Assembly: GCA_023142215.1 (NCBI GenBank)
Contig: JAGLJW010000016.1
Span: forward strand, 1 to 32,602
Source of the DNA: Candidatus Parcubacteria bacterium
Lineage (GTDB): Bacteria > Patescibacteriota > Patescibacteriia > Patescibacteriales > UBA12075
DNA: 32,602 nucleotides
Reading direction: 5' to 3'
A program made the position numbers and the translations under genes. Below are positions 18,144 to 26,175 of the stretch, piece after piece. Each line of letters starts with the position of its first letter. The first letter of the stretch is position 1. A model generated the notes under the pieces. It made no database searches and was not told the DNA's origin. It saw only the letters and a list, made by a program, of their open reading frames with translations.

Positions 18144-21077
18144 TTATTCTATATTTTCTATCGTTGAAGAACTTGTTGTATTAATATTTGAAATTATGAT
18201 TAAACCTTCGTTGCTTTTTATTGTATTATTATTCCATGTTTTTATTTCCGAATAAATTTTATATGTTCCTGACTCTGGAATATTGTCCCATTGTGTGTTA
18301 AACAACATTCCTTCAACTGGTTCAACTTTTGCTATTATTGTTGGCGTATTATTTTCATCAATTATATAAGTATTAATTTGAGCGATTAATTTTGAAGAGG
18401 AAACACTATTTTGTACTTTAAATGGAAAATCAATATTTGATAATAAAGCACCATTGTTTGGGTTTATTAATGTTATTAATGGTGTTTTTATTTGTGTGTC
18501 TTGCTTTGGTAAAGCTATTTTCAATTCAACTTTTTTGGAAATACAATTTAAGGCATCGTCACATGATTCTATAGTAAGCGTATAAAAACCGTTTTTAAGA
18601 AAACTGATTTCTTTTTTTAGGTTGTATGGATAATCTTGATTTATTGATAAAAGATTATCGTTGATGTAATATTTAACATTCTTAATTCCTCTTCGTGATT
18701 CGGTTTTAATTTTTGTTGTTAAATAAGGAACATTAATAATTTGATTTTGTTTTGGTGAAGTGATAATTAAACCAGGTTTATTTTCAATTGTATGAATAGT
18801 ATCATATTCCGTTGGTGCTAAAGTTAATTCCGTTGTAGATGAAATTTTTTGTTTTGATAGCCATAATTGAATAGCATCTTCCCAGAGTTTGTATTGAAAA
18901 TCGTTTTCCATGCCTTCAGGTTTTTTGTTCAAAGGTTTTTCTTTGTTTATGTAATATAAAATAGAATGTGGTGATAAAAAAGTTTTTTCTTCAATTAATT
19001 CGGGTGGTGTATTTTCTGTGGCAAGCAAACCAGAAAGTTTATCTATTTTTACTATTTTTTCAACACCACTCCTACCATCTAAAACATTAATTCCTGTTTC
19101 AATATTTTCTGGCTTTTTAAATTCTTCATAGGGTGTATCGCCTAGAACTTTTTTCATATATTTATTCCAGATAGGGGCAGCAACCACACCTCCAGCTGCT
19201 CCTCTTTTCATTTCATCATTATTGTTATTTCCAACCCAAACCCCAGTTACTATTGATGGTGTGTAACCAATAGTCCAAGCGTCGTGATAATCGTTTGTAG
19301 TGCCTGTTTTTGCCGCTACCTGACGATTACCTAGTGTGAGCCAGTTATTAGTACCAAATGCAAAAGCACGAGCGTTATTGTCTGATAGAATGTCATTTAT
19401 TTGTCTAGCCACTAGTGGATCTAAGACTTTTCTTTCTTTTGGTTCTGTATATTCTTCTAAAATATTTCCATCTTTGTCTTCAATTTTTAAAATAGGAGTT
19501 AAATCACGAATATAGCCCTCTCTAGCAAATATACTAAAAGCATTTACATGTTCAATCATTTTAACTTCTCCACCACCAAGAACCAAAGATAATCCTAATC
19601 TATTCCTATCTTTAAATGTTGTATAGCCAAAGTCTTCAGCTAAATCTAATACATTATTTTTTCCAGCCAAATATATTGTTTTAACAGCTGGAATATTTAA
19701 AGAACCAGCCAAGGCTTTTTTGATAGAAACAGGACCTAATTCATCTAAATTATAATTATGCGGTTCGTAAGGCTCTTCTTTGTCAAGTGAAAAATTTGTT
19801 ACAACATCATATAGAATAGTGTTTGGAGTATAACCTTTTATAAAACCAGCTGCATAAATTAAAGGCTTGATTGATGAGCCTGGTTGTCTAATACTGGTTG
19901 TGATATTTACTTGTCCATCAATTTCATCATCAAAGTAATCACGAGAGCCAACCATTGCTAAAATTTGTCCTGTTTTTGGGTCAAGAGAGAGAAGTGCAGC
20001 ATTGGTTGCTTTATATTCTTTGAGGTTTTTTTCACCTTGCTCTTTTATAACTTCTTCGGCAATATCTTGTTTAAATAAATCTAGCGAAGTGATAATTTTT
20101 AGACCAGCCTGTTCAACTGTTTTCTGGCCATATTTTTCACTTAGAATTTCTTTAACGTACATGACAAAATGAGGTGCTTTAATGTTTGTTCCTGGTTTTA
20201 TAAATTCAAGCTCAAACTTTTTAGCATCTTCTGCTTCTTCTTTGGAAATATAATTTTCTTCAACCATTAAATCTAAAATATATTGTTGACGAATAATTAA
20301 TTTATTTTTATGAGATCCATAAGGGGAATAATAAGAAGGTCCTTTTGGTAGTGATGCAAGAATAGCCGCTTCGGCCAAATTAACATCTTGAATATTTTTA
20401 CCAAAATATCTTTGACTTGCAGCTTGAACGCCATAAGAAGTTGAACCATAAGGAATTTCATTAAAATACATTTTTAATATTTCATCTTTTGAAAATTTTT
20501 TTTCAAGTCTGTAAGCAATTAAAAGTTCTTTAATTTTTCGTTTATAGGAATGTTCATTGGTAAGAATGGCATTTTTTACAAATTGTTGAGTTAGTGTTGA
20601 TCCTCCAGCACGTCTATTAAATAAAATATTAGTTACAGCTGTTCTAAATATTGCCCACAAACTAAAACCTTTATGATAATAAAAATCTTGATCTTCAATT
20701 GAAATTGTAGCTTGTTGAACATATTTAGGAATATTATCAAGACTTACTAAGGTTCGTTTTTCTTCTCCATGTATTTCATATAAAACAGTTTCTCCAGTTC
20801 TGTCGTAAATTTTTGTGCTTTGAGCAATTTCACGTTCAGTTAATTTATTTGGATCGGGAAGTTGTCCAGAAATCCAAAAAAATAAGGAAAGAATAGTAAT
20901 TATTCCAACTAAAAATAAAACAACAAAAAGGTATAAAATGTTTTTTTTCAATTTTTTAGAAAAAAAAGATTTATTACTTGCTTTCTTTTTATTGTTCTTA
21001 TTTGGATTTTTATTTGACTGAAGTTTTGTGTGTGTATGTTTCCATCCCTGATTGTTTCGTAATTGTGGAATTGGCAT
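18144..21077 (-). CDS. Class A penicillin-binding protein (PBP1A family) with C-terminal extension
   Basis: Transglycosylase EDQDFYYH and GGSTLTQQFVKN; transpeptidase SSIK, SLN and KTGT motifs. Confidence 0.95.
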   Translation of the reverse strand: MPIPQLRNNQGWKHTHTKLQSNKNPNKNNKKKASNKSFFSKKLKKNILYLFVVLFLVGIITILSLFFWISGQLPDPNKLTEREIAQSTKIYDRTGETVLYEIHGEEKRTLVSLDNIPKYVQQATISIEDQDFYYHKGFSLWAIFRTAVTNILFNRRAGGSTLTQQFVKNAILTNEHSYKRKIKELLIAYRLEKKFSKDEILKMYFNEIPYGSTSYGVQAASQRYFGKNIQDVNLAEAAILASLPKGPSYYSPYGSHKNKLIIRQQYILDLMVEENYISKEEAEDAKKFELEFIKPGTNIKAPHFVMYVKEILSEKYGQKTVEQAGLKIITSLDLFKQDIAEEVIKEQGEKNLKEYKATNAALLSLDPKTGQILAMVGSRDYFDDEIDGQVNITTSIRQPGSSIKPLIYAAGFIKGYTPNTILYDVVTNFSLDKEEPYEPHNYNLDELGPVSIKKALAGSLNIPAVKTIYLAGKNNVLDLAEDFGYTTFKDRNRLGLSLVLGGGEVKMIEHVNAFSIFAREGYIRDLTPILKIEDKDGNILEEYTEPKERKVLDPLVARQINDILSDNNARAFAFGTNNWLTLGNRQVAAKTGTTNDYHDAWTIGYTPSIVTGVWVGNNNNDEMKRGAAGGVVAAPIWNKYMKKVLGDTPYEEFKKPENIETGINVLDGRSGVEKIVKIDKLSGLLATENTPPELIEEKTFLSPHSILYYINKEKPLNKKPEGMENDFQYKLWEDAIQLWLSKQKISSTTELTLAPTEYDTIHTIENKPGLIITSPKQNQIINVPYLTTKIKTESRRGIKNVKYYINDNLLSINQDYPYNLKKEISFLKNGFYTLTIESCDDALNCISKKVELKIALPKQDTQIKTPLITLINPNNGALLSNIDFPFKVQNSVSSSKLIAQINTYIIDENNTPTIIAKVEPVEGMLFNTQWDNIPESGTYKIYSEIKTWNNNTIKSNEGLIIISNINTTSSSTIENIE

Positions 21078-21195
21078 AAATTATTGTATTTTATTATGTT
21101 TTATTATATATATCTATATTTTATAGTAGTTTTTTGTATGTGTAAATAGTTGTTTAAAGCTTGTTGATAATGTATTAAAAATTAGAATAAAAAAT

Positions 21196-21237
21196 TTGAC
21201 ATTTAAAATATTATTATGCTAAAGTAAGGAAGTAAGA
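21196..21237 (+). promoter_or_regulatory. TA operon promoter with direct-repeat operator
   Basis: TTGACA-N18-TAAAGT with extended TG; overlapping AAGTAAGG-AAGTAAGA. Confidence 0.5.
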
Positions 21238-21254
21238 AATTATTACATAAAATT

Positions 21255-21491
21255 ATGACTACAATATTAAAAACTACTTCAAAAGGACAAATAACTATTC
21301 CTGTAGAATGGAGAAGATTATTTGATACAAATCAGTTTATTGCTACAACAAAAGGCGATAAATTAGAAATAAAACCTTTAATATTAGATGAAAAAAAGCC
21401 AGAAAAAGAGCTGACTGTTTTTGATGCTATTCGTGATAATAAAGGCCTTGGGATTAAAGCAAAAGACTTAGTTAAGTTGCTTAAAAAATAG
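21255..21491 (+). CDS. AbrB/MazE/SpoVT-family antitoxin
   Basis: TTSKGQITIPVEWRR swapped-hairpin motif. Confidence 0.85.
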   Translation: MTTILKTTSKGQITIPVEWRRLFDTNQFIATTKGDKLEIKPLILDEKKPEKELTVFDAIRDNKGLGIKAKDLVKLLKK

Positions 21492-21501
21492 TCTAAAGTG
21501 T

Positions 21502-21738
21502 ATGAACAAAATAGAAAAGTTATTGCGTAAAATTTCTAAAAAAGAAAGAAATAATCTTTTGATTTGTGTGAATATAATTATTAGTGGAGATTCAAAATTA
21601 AAAACAGTAAAAATTAAAAACACAGATTTTTACAGAACTAAATATAAGCAGTTTAGAATTATTTTTCATAAAGAAAAAAACGAAATAATTATTGACAATA
21701 TCAGAATGAGGAATGAAAGCACTTATAAAAATTTATAG
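21502..21738 (+). CDS. RelE/ParE-superfamily toxin
   Basis: Basic 78 aa, FYRTKYKQFRIIF...IRMRNESTY, directly after the antitoxin. Confidence 0.75.
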   Translation: MNKIEKLLRKISKKERNNLLICVNIIISGDSKLKTVKIKNTDFYRTKYKQFRIIFHKEKNEIIIDNIRMRNESTYKNL

Positions 21739-21754
21739 CTTTATATTTTTTTTG

Positions 21755-22693
21755 TTATTCTCTAAAATATTCTGCAGCAACTTCAGGTGAAATAGAATTT
21801 ATTACTAAGCCACTTCCAAGTTCAACTCCTGCCCAAATGCTGTCACGGGGTTGAACTTTTATATAAAAATGTTGATTCTTGTCTGAGATAACTTGATGCA
21901 TAAAATAATTATATGACAAATCTATTTTTTTAAGTTTCGTGAGGATTTTTTTTAGTATTGAGGCGAATGATTTAAATTCATCTTGATTCAAGGTGGTAAT
22001 ATTATCCGTGTGTCGTTTTGGAAAAATCCATGCTTCATAATGATATTCACTTGCGAAAGGGGTGAAAGCAATAACTTGCTTGTCTTCAAAAATTAATCTT
22101 TTACTTTTTGACTCTTTTTTAATAATGTCACAGTATGGACAAGTTTTATTTTTTTCTTTGTAGTTTTGTATTAAATTTGATTCTTCTTGAAGATCTGGTG
22201 GAATAATTTCTGTAGCAAATATTTGTGAATGAGAATGTATTAATGAAGCACCAGCTTTTGATCCTTGATTTTTAAAACAAAGAATATAATTAATTTTTTT
22301 GTCTTTTGATAATTCAAGGGTTCTTTTCTTGTACATTTCTAAAACATATCCAATTTCTTCTTCTGATAAATCAGCTAACTCTTTATGATGATGGGGTGTA
22401 TCAATAACAACTTCTTGATAACCATAAGCCTTGTCGTTCTCGGGTGTCATTGTCGGAAAAATATTTTTCACGCTAGTTACTTGACGAACATTATTAATTT
22501 TTAATTCATCAATAATATAATTGCCCTGTTCTTTTTGTTGTTTATCAATGCTTTCTGTGCAGAAATAACAGTCTTTAGCGCGTTTAATAATTGTTTCTTC
22601 CTTAACATCACGTGGCCTTTTAATTCGACCAGGAGTAATGACTACATATTTATTAAGTAAATATGATTTTCTAATTTCAGATTTTAAGTTCAT
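21755..22693 (-). CDS. galT: Galactose-1-phosphate uridylyltransferase (GalT family)
   Basis: R.KRP, CYFC, GYQEV, FKNQG..AGASLIHSHSQI, CPYC. Confidence 0.85.
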   Translation of the reverse strand: MNLKSEIRKSYLLNKYVVITPGRIKRPRDVKEETIIKRAKDCYFCTESIDKQQKEQGNYIIDELKINNVRQVTSVKNIFPTMTPENDKAYGYQEVVIDTPHHHKELADLSEEEIGYVLEMYKKRTLELSKDKKINYILCFKNQGSKAGASLIHSHSQIFATEIIPPDLQEESNLIQNYKEKNKTCPYCDIIKKESKSKRLIFEDKQVIAFTPFASEYHYEAWIFPKRHTDNITTLNQDEFKSFASILKKILTKLKKIDLSYNYFMHQVISDKNQHFYIKVQPRDSIWAGVELGSGLVINSISPEVAAEYFRE

Positions 22694-22863
22694 ATAAAAA
22701 AATTATTGTTATTAATTAATTATAACAAAAAATTTTAATTATAACGAATTTTTTAAAAATAGAAGCTACAATTCATTTTTATGAAAGTAGCTTTTTAATT
22801 TGAATATGTGTATGACAAAAATTCAATTATTGATTTTATGTAGCTCTCCTTGTTTAGTCTAGG

Positions 22864-23181
22864 CTAGTTGTTTCCTGTGCGAATGTTGTGCCAATTTAGA
22901 AATTGATCAAATAGGATTACTTGAGTGTCATCAAAAGAAGCTATAAGGTTTTTTGCACTTTTTTTACTATTCTCACTAATACAATTCTGACAGAATTTAT
23001 CTTTATCTTTTTTTGAGCCAGGTGTTTTCTTTCCGCATTGTAAACAAATAATTTCCCACGATGCCAAGTTTAGCATTAACCTCAAACACTTTAAACAATA
23101 TTCATGATTTTTTGGAACAAGTTTAATTTTTTTACATTTTGAGCATGTTTTTTTGTAAGGTGCTAATATTTCTTCTTTCAT
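22864..23181 (-). CDS. Hypothetical Cys-rich protein with four CxxC (double zinc ribbon)
   Basis: CSKC, CLKC, CLQC, CQNC; GGAGG RBS; TTGACT-N17-TACTAT promoter at 23247..23275 on the minus strand. Confidence 0.65.
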   Translation of the reverse strand: MKEEILAPYKKTCSKCKKIKLVPKNHEYCLKCLRLMLNLASWEIICLQCGKKTPGSKKDKDKFCQNCISENSKKSAKNLIASFDDTQVILFDQFLNWHNIRTGNN

Positions 23182-23299
23182 TTTTATACCTCCAGGTAAT
23201 TATGATTTGAAAAAATAATAAAAGAAATAACTTATTTAATATGCTAATAGTATAAAAAATTATCAATAAAGTCAATAGGGGTTTAACAAAAAATACAAA

Positions 23300-23326
23300 A
23301 AAGGTTTTACGTTATGTAAAACCTTT
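23300..23326 (-). terminator. Terminator downstream of hairpin copy 1
   Basis: aaaggttttac-gttat-gtaaaaccttt preceded by an A run on plus (U tail on minus). Confidence 0.6.
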
Positions 23327-23348
23327 CTGTTATTATAAAACTTTTTGG

Positions 23349-23626
23349 AAAAGAAAAAAGGATTGAGTGTTTGTGTTGGTTGAAGTTTTGTTTGGGTTTG
23401 TGTATAGAGTTTTTTGTTGGTGAGTATGGTTTTAATTCTTTATTAAGAAGCAAAACTATACTCATCAGCTCTAAACTCTATTCCCGTAAAACTTTAATCA
23501 ACTCTCAATCCTTATTAATATAATAGCATATAGAAATAATATGTCAAATGACTAATGTTAGTTTAAACTCTATTAAATAGTTGAAAAATATTATAAAATA
23601 AAAAAGTTATCCACAGATAGAATTAA
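23349..23626. repeat. ~278-bp direct repeat, copy 1
   Basis: Matches 24584..24862; includes a perfect TTATCCACA at 23607..23615. Confidence 0.95.
23358..23513 (-). ncRNA. Candidate ~156-nt rod-like ncRNA, copy 1 (family unknown)
   Basis: End-to-end imperfect hairpin; minus-strand promoter TTGACA(23542..23547)-N16-TATTAT(23520..23525) with extended TG placed at its 5' end; U tract at its 3' end. Confidence 0.55.
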
Positions 23627-23805
23627 TATAAAACATAAAAAACTATTAAAAAATAGTTCTTTTTGTTAAAGTAATTCTACTTACACTCAATATTTCAGTG
23701 GACTGTGCTTGTTTGAAGCTGAGCTTCAACGAGGTGGAGATGAAAACTGATAGTTGTCATTCTAGCTTTTTTAAGAAGAACAGGGGATACTATTTTGTTC
23801 CAAGA

Positions 23806-24441
23806 TTATAAAATATCTTTATAGTTATTAAGCATATCAATATAAGTATGCTCAATTTTTTTAACCAGTACTTCATCTTTTAATAATTCTTCTGTTTTAG
23901 TTTTGATCTTAATACCAAGTTTTTCGTTTATACCAAGAGCAAGCCACATATTAAAATTATCCTCAACTGTTATTTTCTTTTTATCTTTGTATAAATCAAC
24001 CATTATTTGGTTGTATTTTTTTATTTCATTAATATTTTCTCCATTTGGGTTGTACGAAAAAGCGAGATATTTTAAATATTTTTGAATTGGAAATTGTTGC
24101 ATATCATTCATGTCTTGGATTATTTTCATTGAAGTTGATATTATCCATCTTTGTTCATCATATCCGTTATGCTTTTTAGAAAAGAACTTTGGTAATACTC
24201 TTTTTTTCATTCGGTTTTGCATTATATCGCAAATTTGATGAACTTGCCAACCTTTCTTAAAATCATCTTTAGCGAATGCTGGATTTAAAATATCATCGTT
24301 GTGAGTCAATTCCCTGTCTATTTTTGTAACATAATGACTATCAGGGTAAATTGTTCCTGATATATATTTTTCTATATCTTGCACTTGATACTTGTTTTTT
24401 AAATCAAGAGCAAAGCGAATATGTGTTGCTTCTAATGACAT
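23806..24441 (-). CDS. Hypothetical protein, Zn-dependent phospholipase C/S1-P1-like metal motifs
   Basis: N-terminal ATH, GTIYPD, LTH and GWQVHQICD pattern. Confidence 0.55.
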   Translation of the reverse strand: MSLEATHIRFALDLKNKYQVQDIEKYISGTIYPDSHYVTKIDRELTHNDDILNPAFAKDDFKKGWQVHQICDIMQNRMKKRVLPKFFSKKHNGYDEQRWIISTSMKIIQDMNDMQQFPIQKYLKYLAFSYNPNGENINEIKKYNQIMVDLYKDKKKITVEDNFNMWLALGINEKLGIKIKTKTEELLKDEVLVKKIEHTYIDMLNNYKDIL

Positions 24442-24539
24442 ATTATAATTTTATCATAAAAGTTAGAATTAGTCCCGTTATTATAAAAAAAATACGTCAA
24501 ATGTAATTTTTTGTAATTTTGTGGGACAATAGTATACAA

Positions 24540-24563
24540 AAAAAGGCTTATATAAGCCTTTTT
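24540..24563. terminator. Terminator downstream of hairpin copy 2
   Basis: aaaaaggctta-ta-taagccttttt. Confidence 0.6.
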
Positions 24564-24583
24564 ATTAAAATAAAATTTTTTAA

Positions 24584-24862
24584 AAAAGAAAAAAGGATTG
24601 AGTGTTTGTGTTGGTTGAAGTTTTGTTTGGGTTTGTGTATAGAGTTTTTTGTTGGTGAGTATGGTTTTAATTCTTTAAGCAAGAAGCAAAACTATACTCA
24701 TCAGCTCTAAACTCTATTCCCGTAAAACTTTAATCAACTCTCAATCCTTATTAATATAATAGCATATAGAAATAATATGTCAAATGACCAATGTTAGTTA
24801 AAATTCTATTGAATAATTGAATAATATTATAAAATAAAAAAGTTATCAACAAATAGAATTAA
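24584..24862. repeat. ~279-bp direct repeat, copy 2
   Basis: Matches 23349..23626; the box is TTATCAACA at 24843..24851. Confidence 0.95.
24593..24749 (-). ncRNA. Candidate ~157-nt rod-like ncRNA, copy 2
   Basis: Identical to copy 1 except the apical loop; same promoter at 24756..24783. Confidence 0.55.
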
Positions 24863-24975
24863 GATGAAAGACAAAACAGGAAGAAGTATTAATTAATTTT
24901 CTTTCTGAATTACGATAAGGATGATATGTTTTGTATTATTTTTCGTGTATTTTATTATACTAATTTCAGCAGGTA

Positions 24976-25010
24976 TTGACTTATCCCCCATAATCCCCTA
25001 TAATACCTTA
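24976..25010 (+). promoter_or_regulatory. fic promoter with three 10-bp tandem repeats
   Basis: TTGACT-N17-TATAAT overlapped by ttatccccca/taatccccta/taatacctta. Confidence 0.65.
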
Positions 25011-25073
25011 TATAACTAATAAGAGTTATTCGTTTGAATCCATTGCTACGAATGCGGAATATGCGAATAAATA

Positions 25074-26153
25074 ATGAATATGATTAAAGAAAATAAATTA
25101 ATAGCGAGATTAAATTGGAAAAAATTTGAAGATACACAAAAAATACAGCGATTGCTTACAGAGATTGATGAGCTTAAAGGCAGATGGATTGCGGGGGTGA
25201 AATTATCACCGCAGATTTTAAATAAATTAAAAAAATCTGTAGTTATCACTTCCGCTGGAGCTAGTACTCGTATTGAGGGTGCTGAATTATCTGATGAGGA
25301 GATAGAAAAATTGTTTAAAGGTTTGAAAATTAAAAAATTTACCACCAGAGACGAACAGGAGGTTGCTGGTTATAAAGAATTGTTGGAAAATATTTTTAAT
25401 TCTTGGGAGAAAATAAAATTTAACGAAAATTCTATTAAACATTTTCATCAAGAATTATTAAAGTATTCCGAAAAAGATAAAAAACATTTGGGTAATTATA
25501 AATTTGGGAGCAATAGAGTTGAGGCGATTGATGCTAGTGGTAAAGTAATTGGTATTGTTTTTGAACCAACTCCTCCGCATCTAACTCCTAAAGAAATGTC
25601 TGAATTAATTGAATGGACTCAAAATGCCTTTAAAGAGAATTTAATTCATCCATTGCTTATCATTGGAAATTTTGTGTTAGAGTTTTTGGCAATTCATCCT
25701 TTTCAAGATGGTAATGGTCGATCTTCACGTGTGTTAACAAATTTCTTAATGCTTCAGTCGGGATATGAATATATGCCGTATGTTTCGCATGAGAAATTTA
25801 TAGAAGACAATAAAGTAGATTATTATTTAGCACTTAAAAAAAGTCAGGGAGATTGGAAAAAACGTAAGAGCGATATTGTACATTGGATGATTTTCTTTTT
25901 AACAATTTTACTTGAACAGGCAAAGATGGCGATTAAAATTAATGAGAGTGAAAGAATAGAACCTTTCCTGTCAGAAAAGCAATTAAAAGTATGGCAGTAT
26001 TTTGGGGAGCATGAATATGTTACTTCAAAAGATATTCGGGAGAACTTAGGAATCAAAGAAGCTACAGCGTTGCAGATTTTGAATAAGCTTTTGGAAATGA
26101 AAAAGATTGAGAGGCTTGGAATGGGAAGAGGTGTTCGTTATAGGAAAATATAA
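25074..26153 (+). CDS. Fic family protein, class II, with C-terminal winged HTH
   Basis: Canonical HPFQDGNGRSSR; N-terminal inhibitory STRIEG; C-terminal LNKLLEMKKIERLGMGRGVRY. Confidence 0.93.
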   Translation: MNMIKENKLIARLNWKKFEDTQKIQRLLTEIDELKGRWIAGVKLSPQILNKLKKSVVITSAGASTRIEGAELSDEEIEKLFKGLKIKKFTTRDEQEVAGYKELLENIFNSWEKIKFNENSIKHFHQELLKYSEKDKKHLGNYKFGSNRVEAIDASGKVIGIVFEPTPPHLTPKEMSELIEWTQNAFKENLIHPLLIIGNFVLEFLAIHPFQDGNGRSSRVLTNFLMLQSGYEYMPYVSHEKFIEDNKVDYYLALKKSQGDWKKRKSDIVHWMIFFLTILLEQAKMAIKINESERIEPFLSEKQLKVWQYFGEHEYVTSKDIRENLGIKEATALQILNKLLEMKKIERLGMGRGVRYRKI

Positions 26154-26175
26154 AAAATGTATAAATTATAAATAA

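Noticed and set aside
21255-21738. AbrB antitoxin paired with a RelE-type toxin as a novelty
   Set aside because: Such mixed pairings are already known (e.g. PrlF-YhaV); ordinary type II TA
23415-23470. CUGAUGA hammerhead-ribozyme core on the minus strand of the hairpin
   Set aside because: The following stem is not closed by the required GAAA (it reads UCACC), and the motif is itself base-paired in the rod
23671-23690. aattctact resembling the start of a Cas12a repeat
   Set aside because: Single partial match with no GTAGAT arm and no array
24519-24710. 63-aa plus-strand ORF over hairpin copy 2, and a 52-aa minus-strand ORF in copy 1
   Set aside because: Neither frame survives in the other copy because of the 1-nt loop indel or an early stop; no clear RBS
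23358-24749. Hairpins as integron attC sites
   Set aside because: No RYYYAAC/GTTRRRY ends, no integrase in the window, and each copy has its own promoter
25047-25082. Degenerate GAAT-containing short repeats before fic (acgaat gcggaat atgcgaat)
   Set aside because: Too short and degenerate to support a function
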